This document shows, in pieces, positions 47,351 through 58,600 of a DNA stretch of 64,000 nucleotides. Made by a program: the position numbers and the translations under genes. Numbering within the stretch: the stretch's first letter is position 1; each line of letters begins with the position of its first letter. Under the pieces are notes generated by a model, which saw only the letters and a list, made by a program, of their open reading frames with translations, had not been told where the DNA came from and ran no database searches. This DNA is from a virus. The stretch covers positions 107,837 through 171,836 of the IMG/VR virus record IMGVR_UViG_3300033233_000004. One strand, 5' to 3'.

Positions 47351-50300
47351 TTTTCTTCTTTCGGCTGTTGAACTACTTGTACAAAGCGAATCTGTGTCCA
47401 ACCATCTTCCGTTGGAAACCCGGTGGATACGTCTTTATCGGGACTCATAGATTCTTCAAGAGAATTACCAAATATACCATGCACTTGACCAAGCTCTGGA
47501 TTAAGACTGGTAATCTTAACAAACCTATTAATATATTGACCTTGGAGTTGCGCTTGTCCTGCTCGTTGAAAAGACCATACTTGATTTTCACGTGCATACT
47601 GCCAAAAACGTTCTACATCCAATACTTGAGCACTAAGATATCCTATCCAATCAGCTTGTGTATTCATGTCTTCTCCAAACTTAAGTGATGCTACGGCTTC
47701 TTGCGTCGGTGTCGATTCTCCAACTTTCCGAGCTTCATATATCTCTTCATGTTGTTTTGGTGGAGTAAGACTATACGTGACATCACCAATCTTCACAGAC
47801 AACTTTCTACCAAGGGCTGTAGATTCATTACGCTTAATTGTCCATGGTTGACCTTCATCATTAATGTCTGTACGACGAACCATCCATACGTCATTTACTT
47901 GCATTTGTGCATACGCGTCAGCAAGTGGTATCCAAATCTCTGGTGGTTGACGTGGAATTTCATCCCATCCCATCTCTATAGTTTCACCCCGCTCGTGTTG
48001 ACGCGTAGCTTCATCTGCCATGTCTTGTACTGGTGGTGGAACGTTTTCCAAAGGTTCACGTACAACTTCCCCACCAGCATCAATAGGCGGAGTATCTGAA
48101 TACGACCAACTTGTACCATGCCTAAAAGCAAGGTCGCTGGCAAAATTTTCAGCATCGGGTTGGTTATTAAAAGATGATACAAAAGTATCTACTTCATCAG
48201 TTGTATTTAACCACCAAACACCCCACTCTGAATTCCCCACATCCATAGGAGCTACAAGTAATGTACGTTTTGATGTAGGTGTAATTGGGTCTTGTCCTAA
48301 TTCACGGAAAGAGTCAATAATATCACCAAATTTCAAAGATGCAAAATGAGGGGGGAACTTATCGTAGATTTTCTGAGCCTTATCAATTTGGTCTTGTATC
48401 AAAGACTCGTTATAAGGCATAATCTCAGAAGGAGACAATATTTGCGTATTCCAAGAACCACCAATCACACGTTTAGATGCATCAAATTCTACCACATAGA
48501 GAAAACCTTCATCTGGTATTTGTAACCATGGAGTACCACTACTTTTTCTCCAACTATTAAGAGTACGAGTATATTGAGCTTGTCCACGTTCGTAAATCTT
48601 CTTAATAGTAGCAGGAATACCAGCAAGAAACCACACATGCCATGGTAAAGGCCAGTGCTTGGCTGCTTGCTCTACATCCAAAAGAATTCTATCACCAACT
48701 TTATAAGTCGAAAGTTGACTAATAATGTCTGCAAACTTAAGCGAGGCAACAGGATTAATCAATGGTTCTACTGGCAATGCATACCACCGAGCACCGACTA
48801 ATCCATTGGTTCTTCGAAGCTGGATTTCGGCTGCATCTGGCTGTGCTTTGAAATAAACGATAACGTCTGGCCCCGAAGAGCGATACTGGCTTTTTAAGTA
48901 ACCAACATGTCCTTCTTGAATAGCCACCGCATGTATTTGCTTCACAACTCTATTATTATACCACCCCAACATTCTATCACCACCATCAAAATATACAAGC
49001 GTACTCAATATAGAAGCTGGTTGTTCTGATTGTGGTGGCATCTCTGATTTTTCCTGCATAGATGGCTGTCCAATAATGTCAGCTTGCTTCATAAACTCGA
49101 ACGTAAGTCCAGTATAGAGATGTGGTCTCAGTTCTTTCTCTGTTTGTGGCTGTGGTAATGTTTGTCCTTCATAATCAATCATTCTATATTGACTTGGGTC
49201 TGGCTTAGGGCGTGGGTGAGGCCAGTGTGCAGGTGCATAGAATTCATGCTCATTAAATGGACGTACATGTTCATCGTCATAATGCATTTTCTTGAGCATG
49301 TTACGATACGCTGTTTCACCAGTCTCATTATAGTAATCTGGATGATAGTAATTTTCCATCAAGTCCCAACTAATGTATTCCATCGGGTCTATTTCATCAA
49401 ATTCAGTATACCCCCGTTCTTCCATCAACTCTTCAAGCATGGCCTCATTGATAAATATGTCATCCCACGGTACAGTCCAACCATATGAGGCATACAGTAT
49501 TTCTTCAACACCATGCTGATACAATGGGGTGCCTGTATCCAACCAACCTTCTACTTGAACAAGATGTACACCATCAGCGAATTTCTTGGCATAGATAATC
49601 TTTGGGTTTTCCCACTCATCATTATCTTCCAGTAATTCCCAACCGTGTCTATGAGCATATCGACTAATCTCAGTTTCAAACTCGGCAGTTATCTTATTAT
49701 CTCGGTCAACTTCATGCTTCTTACGTGCCACAAACTTCTGAAATGATTCTACATGTTTCTTATGAGCATCTAACATCTGCTGTGGAGTCATACTCGGATA
49801 GTTCTCTTGAGAAACAGTTTGTGGCGGTGGATTTTCATTCTCTTCTATATCTTCGGATTCTGGTGGATGGACATACTCAGGATACTGGTCTGCTATTTCT
49901 TGAAGATACTCATCATAATCTTTTGGTTCGATGTTCTGAATGATGTCTGCTGTCTTGGATTTTCGATAATCATTCAAAACAAGTTCATATGGTTCTTCGT
50001 TTTTATGTACACGTACATTACCCATCTGGTCATCTTGGAAATTATTATGTAAACTTAATTCCCATGTAGAATCAGAAATATCAAAATAATAATCTTTTAT
50101 ATACTTTGTTATTTGTGGGTGTTCACCAATATATAAATATTGAAGGCTACCTAAATGTGATTTCCATACTTGATATGGTCGTATCATTTTTGGTAAATCT
50201 TCCCATTTAATTATCGGTCGAAGTTGGTTAAGAATATCAGCCGTCTTTGTTGGTGATACATCTTTCAGTTTTTCAAACTCTTTCTTAAGCTCTTGATAAC

Positions 50301-51021
50301 CTGCTGTATCCTGTTGATTCTTCTTTCGTAACAATTGTAATTGGTCAATCAATTGACGCTTACGGTCGTATTTTGAATCTGCAAACTTAAGACTTCCTTC
50401 ACCTGCTAACAATCGACCTTCCCATGGAGTGAGATTTGTTACCAATCCATCATAGGTTGCTACAACAATATGGTCATCCATACGATAATATTTATCATCA
50501 GAAGACTTCACATATAGAACTGAGTTAGCGGCTTCCTGTTCTTGATGTAATTGCATCCGCTCTTCAGCAGTTGGCATATATCCCAATTCGTATGCAGTAG
50601 GACGATGATATCTACGACTTTTATGTTGCACCACGAGTGGTATACCAGCATAACTAAGAAATCTATTCATCATGATAGCTGTATATTTCGTATACCAACC
50701 ACCATTGTCCAAGTCTACCTCATTAGGAAGGAATCTAATAATATCCGTATCATGATACTTAATACGTATAGAGAAATCATCAGGTTCAAATCTCACAGTA
50801 ATACCAGTAACAGGGTCATTAATCTTTTTACGGATGATAGTCTTGGATTCAATCTCAGTAGTTTCTGGCACTTTAAGTGTTTGAAAGAAGTCATTGAACA
50901 TACGCTGATAAATCGGATGACCCATTTGTATACGATTCATTGGGTCAATCTGACTGATGATGTCCGCAGTTTTGGTCAACCCACTTATCAGCTTGTTCCA
51001 TATGGTTTTAAACGTAATCAT
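47347..51021 (-). CDS. Large modular protein (1224 aa) with repeated linkers
   Basis: About 8 KTADI/SLKF[AG]D linkers. Confidence 0.8.
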   Translation of the reverse strand: MITFKTIWNKLISGLTKTADIISQIDPMNRIQMGHPIYQRMFNDFFQTLKVPETTEIESKTIIRKKINDPVTGITVRFEPDDFSIRIKYHDTDIIRFLPNEVDLDNGGWYTKYTAIMMNRFLSYAGIPLVVQHKSRRYHRPTAYELGYMPTAEERMQLHQEQEAANSVLYVKSSDDKYYRMDDHIVVATYDGLVTNLTPWEGRLLAGEGSLKFADSKYDRKRQLIDQLQLLRKKNQQDTAGYQELKKEFEKLKDVSPTKTADILNQLRPIIKWEDLPKMIRPYQVWKSHLGSLQYLYIGEHPQITKYIKDYYFDISDSTWELSLHNNFQDDQMGNVRVHKNEEPYELVLNDYRKSKTADIIQNIEPKDYDEYLQEIADQYPEYVHPPESEDIEENENPPPQTVSQENYPSMTPQQMLDAHKKHVESFQKFVARKKHEVDRDNKITAEFETEISRYAHRHGWELLEDNDEWENPKIIYAKKFADGVHLVQVEGWLDTGTPLYQHGVEEILYASYGWTVPWDDIFINEAMLEELMEERGYTEFDEIDPMEYISWDLMENYYHPDYYNETGETAYRNMLKKMHYDDEHVRPFNEHEFYAPAHWPHPRPKPDPSQYRMIDYEGQTLPQPQTEKELRPHLYTGLTFEFMKQADIIGQPSMQEKSEMPPQSEQPASILSTLVYFDGGDRMLGWYNNRVVKQIHAVAIQEGHVGYLKSQYRSSGPDVIVYFKAQPDAAEIQLRRTNGLVGARWYALPVEPLINPVASLKFADIISQLSTYKVGDRILLDVEQAAKHWPLPWHVWFLAGIPATIKKIYERGQAQYTRTLNSWRKSSGTPWLQIPDEGFLYVVEFDASKRVIGGSWNTQILSPSEIMPYNESLIQDQIDKAQKIYDKFPPHFASLKFGDIIDSFRELGQDPITPTSKRTLLVAPMDVGNSEWGVWWLNTTDEVDTFVSSFNNQPDAENFASDLAFRHGTSWSYSDTPPIDAGGEVVREPLENVPPPVQDMADEATRQHERGETIEMGWDEIPRQPPEIWIPLADAYAQMQVNDVWMVRRTDINDEGQPWTIKRNESTALGRKLSVKIGDVTYSLTPPKQHEEIYEARKVGESTPTQEAVASLKFGEDMNTQADWIGYLSAQVLDVERFWQYARENQVWSFQRAGQAQLQGQYINRFVKITSLNPELGQVHGIFGNSLEESMSPDKDVSTGFPTEDGWTQIRFVQVVQQPKEEK

Positions 51022-54000
51022 ACTTGCACTTCTTGTTCTTCGTCCTTTTTTATTAAATTAAACCTTGGATAATCAAGACAATCACGAACTGGTTGTGGCA
51101 TGGTTGAAGTTTTAGAAGAGACTTTAATCAAGTCCGAATATACATTTTCGAACGGCATTTCCATTGTTAACAATTGCACGGGTGGTTCATGAAGTTTACT
51201 ATATACTCCAAATATAGCTGTCTTGTTTCGTAAATTAAAGCCTAAAAGAGTAATTGGACAATCATACACAAAATTGTAAATGGTTGGATATCCTGCATCA
51301 TAAACTTTCTGCTTGTAATCTGGAAGTAATTTCATATCCATATACTGCCATACTTGTTCAAAGGACTCAGTATCAGTGATGAATTCAAACGAATCACCAA
51401 TTCGATAAGTCCATACGTCACTTTGTTCCATATTCAAAATATCGGCTGTCTTGAATGCTTTGTCCACATTCTCCAATAGTTTAAGTACGCGCTTAGTATC
51501 TTCTTTTGAGTTGTTCCACTTCTTGAAATAGTCAACGTCGTTTTCAACTTTTATAATCATGTATCCTACGTCTGGATTATTCTTGTTATAATAAGCAAGT
51601 AATTTCTGTGGGTCAATTTCTCCATAGCCATCATAGAATTTACCTTTATACCATACAAAAGCATGTCCATCAGCACCGTAAGTTTCCATTTGTTCTGCAT
51701 TTGTAGCATCTACAGCAAACAATTCTGCTCCAAATAATTTACGGAACGCTCTTGCTATAGCAACGCAGTCACCGTTATCAACCAATGTCTCGGCTTGCAG
51801 TACTTCTTGATGTTTCTTGTCAAGAAATGGTAATGTTGTTCTGGTAGTATAAGGACGACGAGTTGCAGCTTCCTTAATGTTTCCTTGATATATACCCCTG
51901 TCGATTAGTATTTCATTAGGTGTATCTGGATAATAAGCTATGATACGATACGTTGGATATGATTCGGCAGAGACTTCACCGTATTCCTTGGCACTTCGTT
52001 TATCTTTCGTTACCCATATGAGTCGTTGTGCAGGGATAGATGCTAACGCCTTTTCTGACATAAGTACACGTAAATCCTTATTACCCAATTCATGACGTTC
52101 ATAGTTTATGACATCAAGTGCAGTTTTATTTCTTGGCATTGCACTGTCAGGGCCACCACGATAGAAATGAGTAGCTTCCTTCACTGAGAACTTGAGAGAA
52201 CCTAATCGTCGTGCTTTCATACGTTCTGCTATTGCAGCTAATTCTTGTGGGGTATATCCAGATAAATGATAATCTAAGTACATCTCTTCACCAGTCTCAT
52301 AATCACGTAAAGGATCAACATTCGAATATGTATCATCGTTGGCTTGTTCAGAAGCTCCGTAGTATTCTAACCACTTCACCGTTTGACCAACAATAGAATC
52401 AAACTCGGTGTCGTATTCCTCATCAGCCATATCTACTATGATTTCCTTACCTTCTTCATCTTCCCATCCTGTCTCAGCAAAATCACCAGTCTGTGCCGAT
52501 TCAGGAGTAATAATAGCATATGTGGTCTTGATACGTCTACCAGTTGGATATTCGTCGCGTAAGCCAGTGAGAATGTCAGAAAACTTTGGTACAGCAGAGA
52601 ACTTCAAACTACCAAACGCTATATTCCAATACTGTTTGAACTGAGGTGGAATTCTCGAACCATCTAATGTGTATGCAGCATAACGGTTGCCTAAATACTG
52701 AATCATATTAGCAAATAAGTACTCAAAACCCTGTGGTAGCGATGCCGATAGAATAGTCAACTCCATCTCACTTGGATTAAGCTTGAAGGTCATATTACCA
52801 ATTTTATGTTCCTTGTCTTCATATTGTGTATGTCCTTTGGTAGTCAAAATTAACTCGTATTGATTGTCTCCAACTTTTTTCACATCAAATAATTCAGCTA
52901 CTGTACCAGCAGTAGTCTCTGCTGACGATGTAGTTCGAGTCCAACCTTCCGGTGCCTCTCGTTTATCATCCAAGTATACTTTAATACCACCTAACGATTT
53001 CTTGACGATTACCTGACGATTACCTGACGATTGGGAACCTTGTTGACGTATGTCATTCTTGTACACATTGAATGCAGTAGGGTCATTTTCTTTCAACCAA
53101 TTACCAAATGGTAATCCAGATGCAAGTATTTCATTCGCTTGGTCGGCATAATGTGTCTCTGATGGCTCAAAGTCATTTAATAGTTCAATAGCACGTTTAT
53201 CCCAATCAACATCATCTTCTTGTGCACGGAAGTTCTGAATAATATCTCCAAATTTAAGTGATGCTACTGCATGGGTTAATGTATTCCTGAAATCGTTATT
53301 CACCAAACGGAACTTCATTGGTTGTACCCCATATGCATCCTTTGTCCATATAGTCGGTGGAAACTCAGGATGATTCATCCATTCCCTAATGAATTCCTCA
53401 TTGGTTAACCACGGTGCCCAAAAGCCTTGAGCTATTTTGAAACCTTTGTACTTGTAACCACCCCGATATCCTGATACATATTCATCAATAACTGTTGGGT
53501 CTATAACAAAGAGGTACTTGCCTAATTGAAATGGGTCTGATGCAGGTGACCAAACTTGATAAGGACGCATATATTGTGGCAATTCATCCCATGTAACAAC
53601 CATTTCTTCTGGTAGTTGTGCACCTATAATGTCTGCCGTTACCTGAACCTGTTTTGGCTTTAATAGATAATAAAATGCATCAATAGAGAAGAATAACCAA
53701 CTCCAACCGGAATGTGGCGTACCATAAGTTGTAAGTACTACATCATCTGGATGCAACACTGCGTCTCTCTTTGTAATACCAATATACTGGTTATTAGCCC
53801 ACAAGTCCTTCTTTAAGAATTGAGACTTAGCATGATTACCTTGTGTTTCTGGAAAGTCTGGACTGCCTAATTGTATTACAGTTACTGTCGATGTACGTGG
53901 ACTATTAGCCAAGAGTGGACGCATAGACGTATCCTTGACTTCCCATTCAGAATTTGGTAATGGTTGTGTACGTACTTCTGACATAGGGAAGTTAGATAAT

Positions 54001-55586
54001 ATATCTGCAAATTTGATATTGGTACCTATAGAGGCGGCTATCTTCCCTTCTTCATCAAATTTGTACTCATTAGCCCTAAAATTCTCCGCCATCTCTTCAT
54101 CATTAGGGGGTTGGTCTGCGGCTTCAAGCCACTTAGCATATTTCTTCTCCAAGTCAAAGAAGTAATCTGTAACGAGATTAGCAATAGCAGTTAATGCATC
54201 AGTCCAACTGAATCTTACACGTGAATATTGTTCCTCGGCTCCATGGTCTTCTACATGGGCTGTTTCATCATACCACTCAATATCAACAAGACCTTGCAAT
54301 AAGGCTTTCCATGCTGTCTTTGGAATAACTGGATGAATAGCCTGTGGAAATTTACGCTGTCGTTCACGAAAATACTTTAATAGAGATTTGGTGAATACCC
54401 CCCAATCCGAAACAATGATACCACATTCCACATTAAGTGGATTAGTACTTACCTCTTTTACCGTGAGCCTTAATCCATATGCCTTGGCATCATCTTCATA
54501 TTGAGATATTTCCTCATCAACATCCAATTGGTTCCAATAATAACGATAGTTCTCAACAGCTTTGTCCTTGATTTCATCGGGTAGTTGGTCATATGGAAGT
54601 GGAGTTTGAAAGTGCCAGTTACCTTCCTCATCTTCAAATGCAGGAGTAACAGAAATTATATCCGCAGTCTTCTTTGGTACTGGTACTAAATCCCTACGAA
54701 GATAGAACGCTCCTACTGGAATAGTTGACACGTCATATATTGGTTCATCGAGTGGAAAAGGTATTACTTGCCCTACTAAATCTTTATTATTTTCGTTCCA
54801 ATGATTCCATTCTGACGTATGCGGAAAATAAATACCAGTAACAATATATTCACGAAAAGGGGAATGCGGAATACTATCAAGACCAACACTCTTACTGATA
54901 ACTCTAACCTTATCTCCTATCTTAATATCAGGAATCTGAGAGATAATGTCTGCCGTTTTCGCCATAAACTCCTTCATTGATTCCACTGTGTCCACTGCTG
55001 AATCCCATACTAATGCATCCTTCTTGATGTATCCTGCTTTTACCAACTCGAAGACAGCATCCACCATTTGTTGACGATTAGATGCCCTCCACACACTAAC
55101 AGCAGAACCATCGGGATAGAATCGACCTATAACTGCTCCACCACCAATACCTTCATCGCCAGTTTTTGCATCACCACGATGATATTGTCCAACCATACCC
55201 ACTGTCAAGTTACCATCAGTATAAGAATAAGGAATACCAGTATCGTGCAATTGCATCAAATGTGCATTTTGATTCTCACTTAAAAAAGGATACATAGATT
55301 CGTTCTCATTTGATGCAATCTTATGCGTTGTCATGAATTTATTGAAGTGGTTCCAGTATTCAGGTAGATATTGTAGTAATCCAGCAGCATAAACTTCAAC
55401 AGCATATGCTGTCTGATACATAGGATCATTAGAGAAGCGGAAGTTCTGATAGTTAGTCTCCACCCAATCGTTTACAGCAGTTTGAAAGATGGGTATATTT
55501 TTCTCTCCAATGAGCTTTATCAATTGTCGCATAAGCTCAACTGACATAGCCGTCTTTTGGAATGTGATATTTAGGTTAGATTCCAT
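51018..55586 (-). CDS. Large modular protein (~1520 aa), polyvalent-protein-like
   Basis: About 8 linkers; C..H..D papain-like module, YLDDKRE receiver-like fragment, FYRGG...WVT ART-like module. Confidence 0.8.
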   Translation of the reverse strand: MESNLNITFQKTAMSVELMRQLIKLIGEKNIPIFQTAVNDWVETNYQNFRFSNDPMYQTAYAVEVYAAGLLQYLPEYWNHFNKFMTTHKIASNENESMYPFLSENQNAHLMQLHDTGIPYSYTDGNLTVGMVGQYHRGDAKTGDEGIGGGAVIGRFYPDGSAVSVWRASNRQQMVDAVFELVKAGYIKKDALVWDSAVDTVESMKEFMAKTADIISQIPDIKIGDKVRVISKSVGLDSIPHSPFREYIVTGIYFPHTSEWNHWNENNKDLVGQVIPFPLDEPIYDVSTIPVGAFYLRRDLVPVPKKTADIISVTPAFEDEEGNWHFQTPLPYDQLPDEIKDKAVENYRYYWNQLDVDEEISQYEDDAKAYGLRLTVKEVSTNPLNVECGIIVSDWGVFTKSLLKYFRERQRKFPQAIHPVIPKTAWKALLQGLVDIEWYDETAHVEDHGAEEQYSRVRFSWTDALTAIANLVTDYFFDLEKKYAKWLEAADQPPNDEEMAENFRANEYKFDEEGKIAASIGTNIKFADILSNFPMSEVRTQPLPNSEWEVKDTSMRPLLANSPRTSTVTVIQLGSPDFPETQGNHAKSQFLKKDLWANNQYIGITKRDAVLHPDDVVLTTYGTPHSGWSWLFFSIDAFYYLLKPKQVQVTADIIGAQLPEEMVVTWDELPQYMRPYQVWSPASDPFQLGKYLFVIDPTVIDEYVSGYRGGYKYKGFKIAQGFWAPWLTNEEFIREWMNHPEFPPTIWTKDAYGVQPMKFRLVNNDFRNTLTHAVASLKFGDIIQNFRAQEDDVDWDKRAIELLNDFEPSETHYADQANEILASGLPFGNWLKENDPTAFNVYKNDIRQQGSQSSGNRQVIVKKSLGGIKVYLDDKREAPEGWTRTTSSAETTAGTVAELFDVKKVGDNQYELILTTKGHTQYEDKEHKIGNMTFKLNPSEMELTILSASLPQGFEYLFANMIQYLGNRYAAYTLDGSRIPPQFKQYWNIAFGSLKFSAVPKFSDILTGLRDEYPTGRRIKTTYAIITPESAQTGDFAETGWEDEEGKEIIVDMADEEYDTEFDSIVGQTVKWLEYYGASEQANDDTYSNVDPLRDYETGEEMYLDYHLSGYTPQELAAIAERMKARRLGSLKFSVKEATHFYRGGPDSAMPRNKTALDVINYERHELGNKDLRVLMSEKALASIPAQRLIWVTKDKRSAKEYGEVSAESYPTYRIIAYYPDTPNEILIDRGIYQGNIKEAATRRPYTTRTTLPFLDKKHQEVLQAETLVDNGDCVAIARAFRKLFGAELFAVDATNAEQMETYGADGHAFVWYKGKFYDGYGEIDPQKLLAYYNKNNPDVGYMIIKVENDVDYFKKWNNSKEDTKRVLKLLENVDKAFKTADILNMEQSDVWTYRIGDSFEFITDTESFEQVWQYMDMKLLPDYKQKVYDAGYPTIYNFVYDCPITLLGFNLRNKTAIFGVYSKLHEPPVQLLTMEMPFENVYSDLIKVSSKTSTMPQPVRDCLDYPRFNLIKKDEEQEVQV

Positions 55587-55615
55587 ATACAAAATATAGA
55601 TAAATGTTAATGCTT

Positions 55616-58600
55616 TTACTGATACGGTTCAGTATTGCCATCCATTTCTCGATAATCAGCATAAATATGAGTACCTTCCTTGGTTACTGCCTCATAATAA
55701 TCAGGATATATCCCAATGATGGTTACTGTATCCCCAATCTCCAATCTCAGGTGTTCACCATTCGTTACTTCCACATCAAATGGCATTGTGACAATGACTT
55801 TCACTGGATTTGGTTCTATGTCACCGCCACGATCTTGATTCACCCAAGCGTAGCGGTGGTCTTTGTAGATGAGTCGGGATATATCTACGTCTTTTTCATC
55901 TGGTTGAATTATATCTGCTGTCTTACCACCAAGATGGTGTTGCTGCTGTGAGACCCAATCTGGTACAGGGTCTTTGGTTACCCAAAACTGGTTGAAGTAT
56001 TCAAGTGGAAGAATAGATGTCACACCATCGACATACTGTGGGTCTACGCCCAGTGTAACGATTACAATGTCGAAGTCCCCAATTTTACTCAAGGCATATG
56101 ATGGTAAAGAGGAATCAGGATACTTCTGTAAAGCATTAAGTTTGGTACCAATATATACAATAGAAGATTTGCCAAACGTAAGATTATGCCATACGAATTG
56201 ACCTATGTGTAAATCTGGATGTTCAGGCTGTGGTTCGCCTACTATATCTGCTTTCTTAATAGGCGGATTATATTTCTTTTCCCATTCTTCTACTGGTACG
56301 AAATCACTATAAAGTTCGTATATCGGTGTGAATATCCAAGAGTCCTTTTCGTAAGGTGCATGCATTCTCACAACAGGCGTACCCGATGGAAGTTTTCTCA
56401 AATTATCTATGTTTAATGCACCACCGGGAACATAAGGCAATACCTCTTCAATAGGACTAATCATATCCACTACCCAACTTACTTGTGCTTGTGGGTCATC
56501 ATGCATGAATTCCTTACCAAGTAGACTTTCTGATGGATTAACAATATCTCCTATAATATCTGATGTCTTTTGAAGTTGCCATGCTATACGTTGCCATTCA
56601 TCTATAGTAGCCCATCGAAGACCGTGTATACGGGTTCTTTCGAATATAACAACAATAGCATTTTTATCAGCCATACCCCATAGAGAAAATGCTGGTGAGC
56701 CATATCGTGTTGCATCACCCCACGAAGGTTTTAAATCAGCTACTCGACCGACCGCTATTACATAGAAAGAATCGGATGGTTGTTGTGGTTGAATATACTT
56801 CTCACCAACTGTAGGTATACTAATAATGTCTGCTGTAGTTTCTATAGAACTATATTGTGAGAATTCTATTTGTTCCAATACACTTTCAGGAGTTCCTTCA
56901 AAATCCATTCTACCTTTTTGGTTACCTATTATTGACCCTGTATCTTCGTTAACGTATTCCACTCTTACTTTAGTATTGGGATTGAGTGTACGCAGATACT
57001 TAATCAAGGCATTCTTCGACTTACGTATGTCTGTTATCATAATGTTATTGAAGTATGTACGCAACCAGCCTTTATCAAGAAGGAATTTAATTTGTGTCCA
57101 TCTCTCCGTACCAGACAAATCTACATTATATTCCTTCTCGGCTATTTCTCTTGCAATAGCACCATGATCGTCTATACCACTTTCGTCATAATATGGCTCA
57201 CCATTAGGGTCGATAAATCCATAATGACCTTCAAGCTCGGAATACTTCTTAACACTTTGTTTGATGTACCTTGGATATTGGCTATAATCACCATAGACAA
57301 TAGATGGATACGCCTCACCTTCCAATTCACTATTGTCAGCAGTCTTTGAAGATGTTTGTTTAACAGGGGTGTCCACAATCAATTTCCATACGACAATACC
57401 AACGTTACCTTCTGTCTCACCGTCTTCTATAGCACGAGCGATAAGGTTTACCGTTTCTGGTCGCAGTGGACGTTTAGATGGATTGCCTTGTCGAACCCAC
57501 TTCAACTTCCAGCCAGCACCAGAAGTAATACCATAACGCACCAATAAAGCAATATCTTCTTTTGGCAAAGCTCCCACCAAGCCAATAATATCGGCAGTCT
57601 TTATAGTAGACTGTTCTTGTCGAGTATTCATAAATACATCCAAACGTTCTGCGTAAGGACGACTTGTGTTAAAAGAAGCATTATATACCACGACCATATC
57701 ATCCAATGAATCAATACTATACTTATACTTATTTTCCCAATTATCCAATTCCTTAATAGACATACCAAACTTTTCTTCAGCTTCTTTTCCAGTACATACA
57801 TCAAGAACGGTAACTATAGAATATGGGTATTCTCTATGTCTCCAAGTAGTACCAATAGCAATTGGATATTGCATTTTGTTAATTATATCCGCAGTACGAT
57901 GAATAGCCGCCTTTTTGTATAGACGAAAATTCTCACTAAATAATCCTATTGGTATATATATTACATCACGGGGATTATACGTATTTTCTGAATTGAATAT
58001 CGCTACAAAAAAATCAGTATTATTGTCTTTGTATTCTTGCCATGGTCTGTCTTGATTAGCAAAAGGATGACGATAACGAATATCCTTTAATGTACCTATA
58101 TCGAGTACTTCCCACTTAATACCGCCAGTTATATCTTTATTGGTATATATTTCTCCAATAGATATATTGAAATTTGGAATGTTAGAGATAATGTCTGCAA
58201 TCTTCTTCTGTGAACTTGGTACAAAAAGATAGTTCAACTCCTCAATAGTCAATGCCATATATTTCCATGAAAGTTCGTTATCAGCATAATACATACGCAA
58301 TAAACCAAACACTAATTGAGAATCGTTTGGTAACGATGTCTGAAATAGCGATCTATTTGTGTATGGCACATGAATAAACACATGGGCATGCTTCTTGCTC
58401 AGTTCCGCCTTTGTACCAAAATCCACTATTTCAAATGTAATAGTAGTAGGAAATTCATCGTTGGGATCATGGTCATATAACAACGCTGACATCTGATTAG
58501 GCTTAACAGTATAGATTGTACCTATTACTGGTTCAGTAGGGAATTGAGATAGTATATCAGCAGTGGTATCCAAAGGTTTCTCAACGTGTTCATAATAATC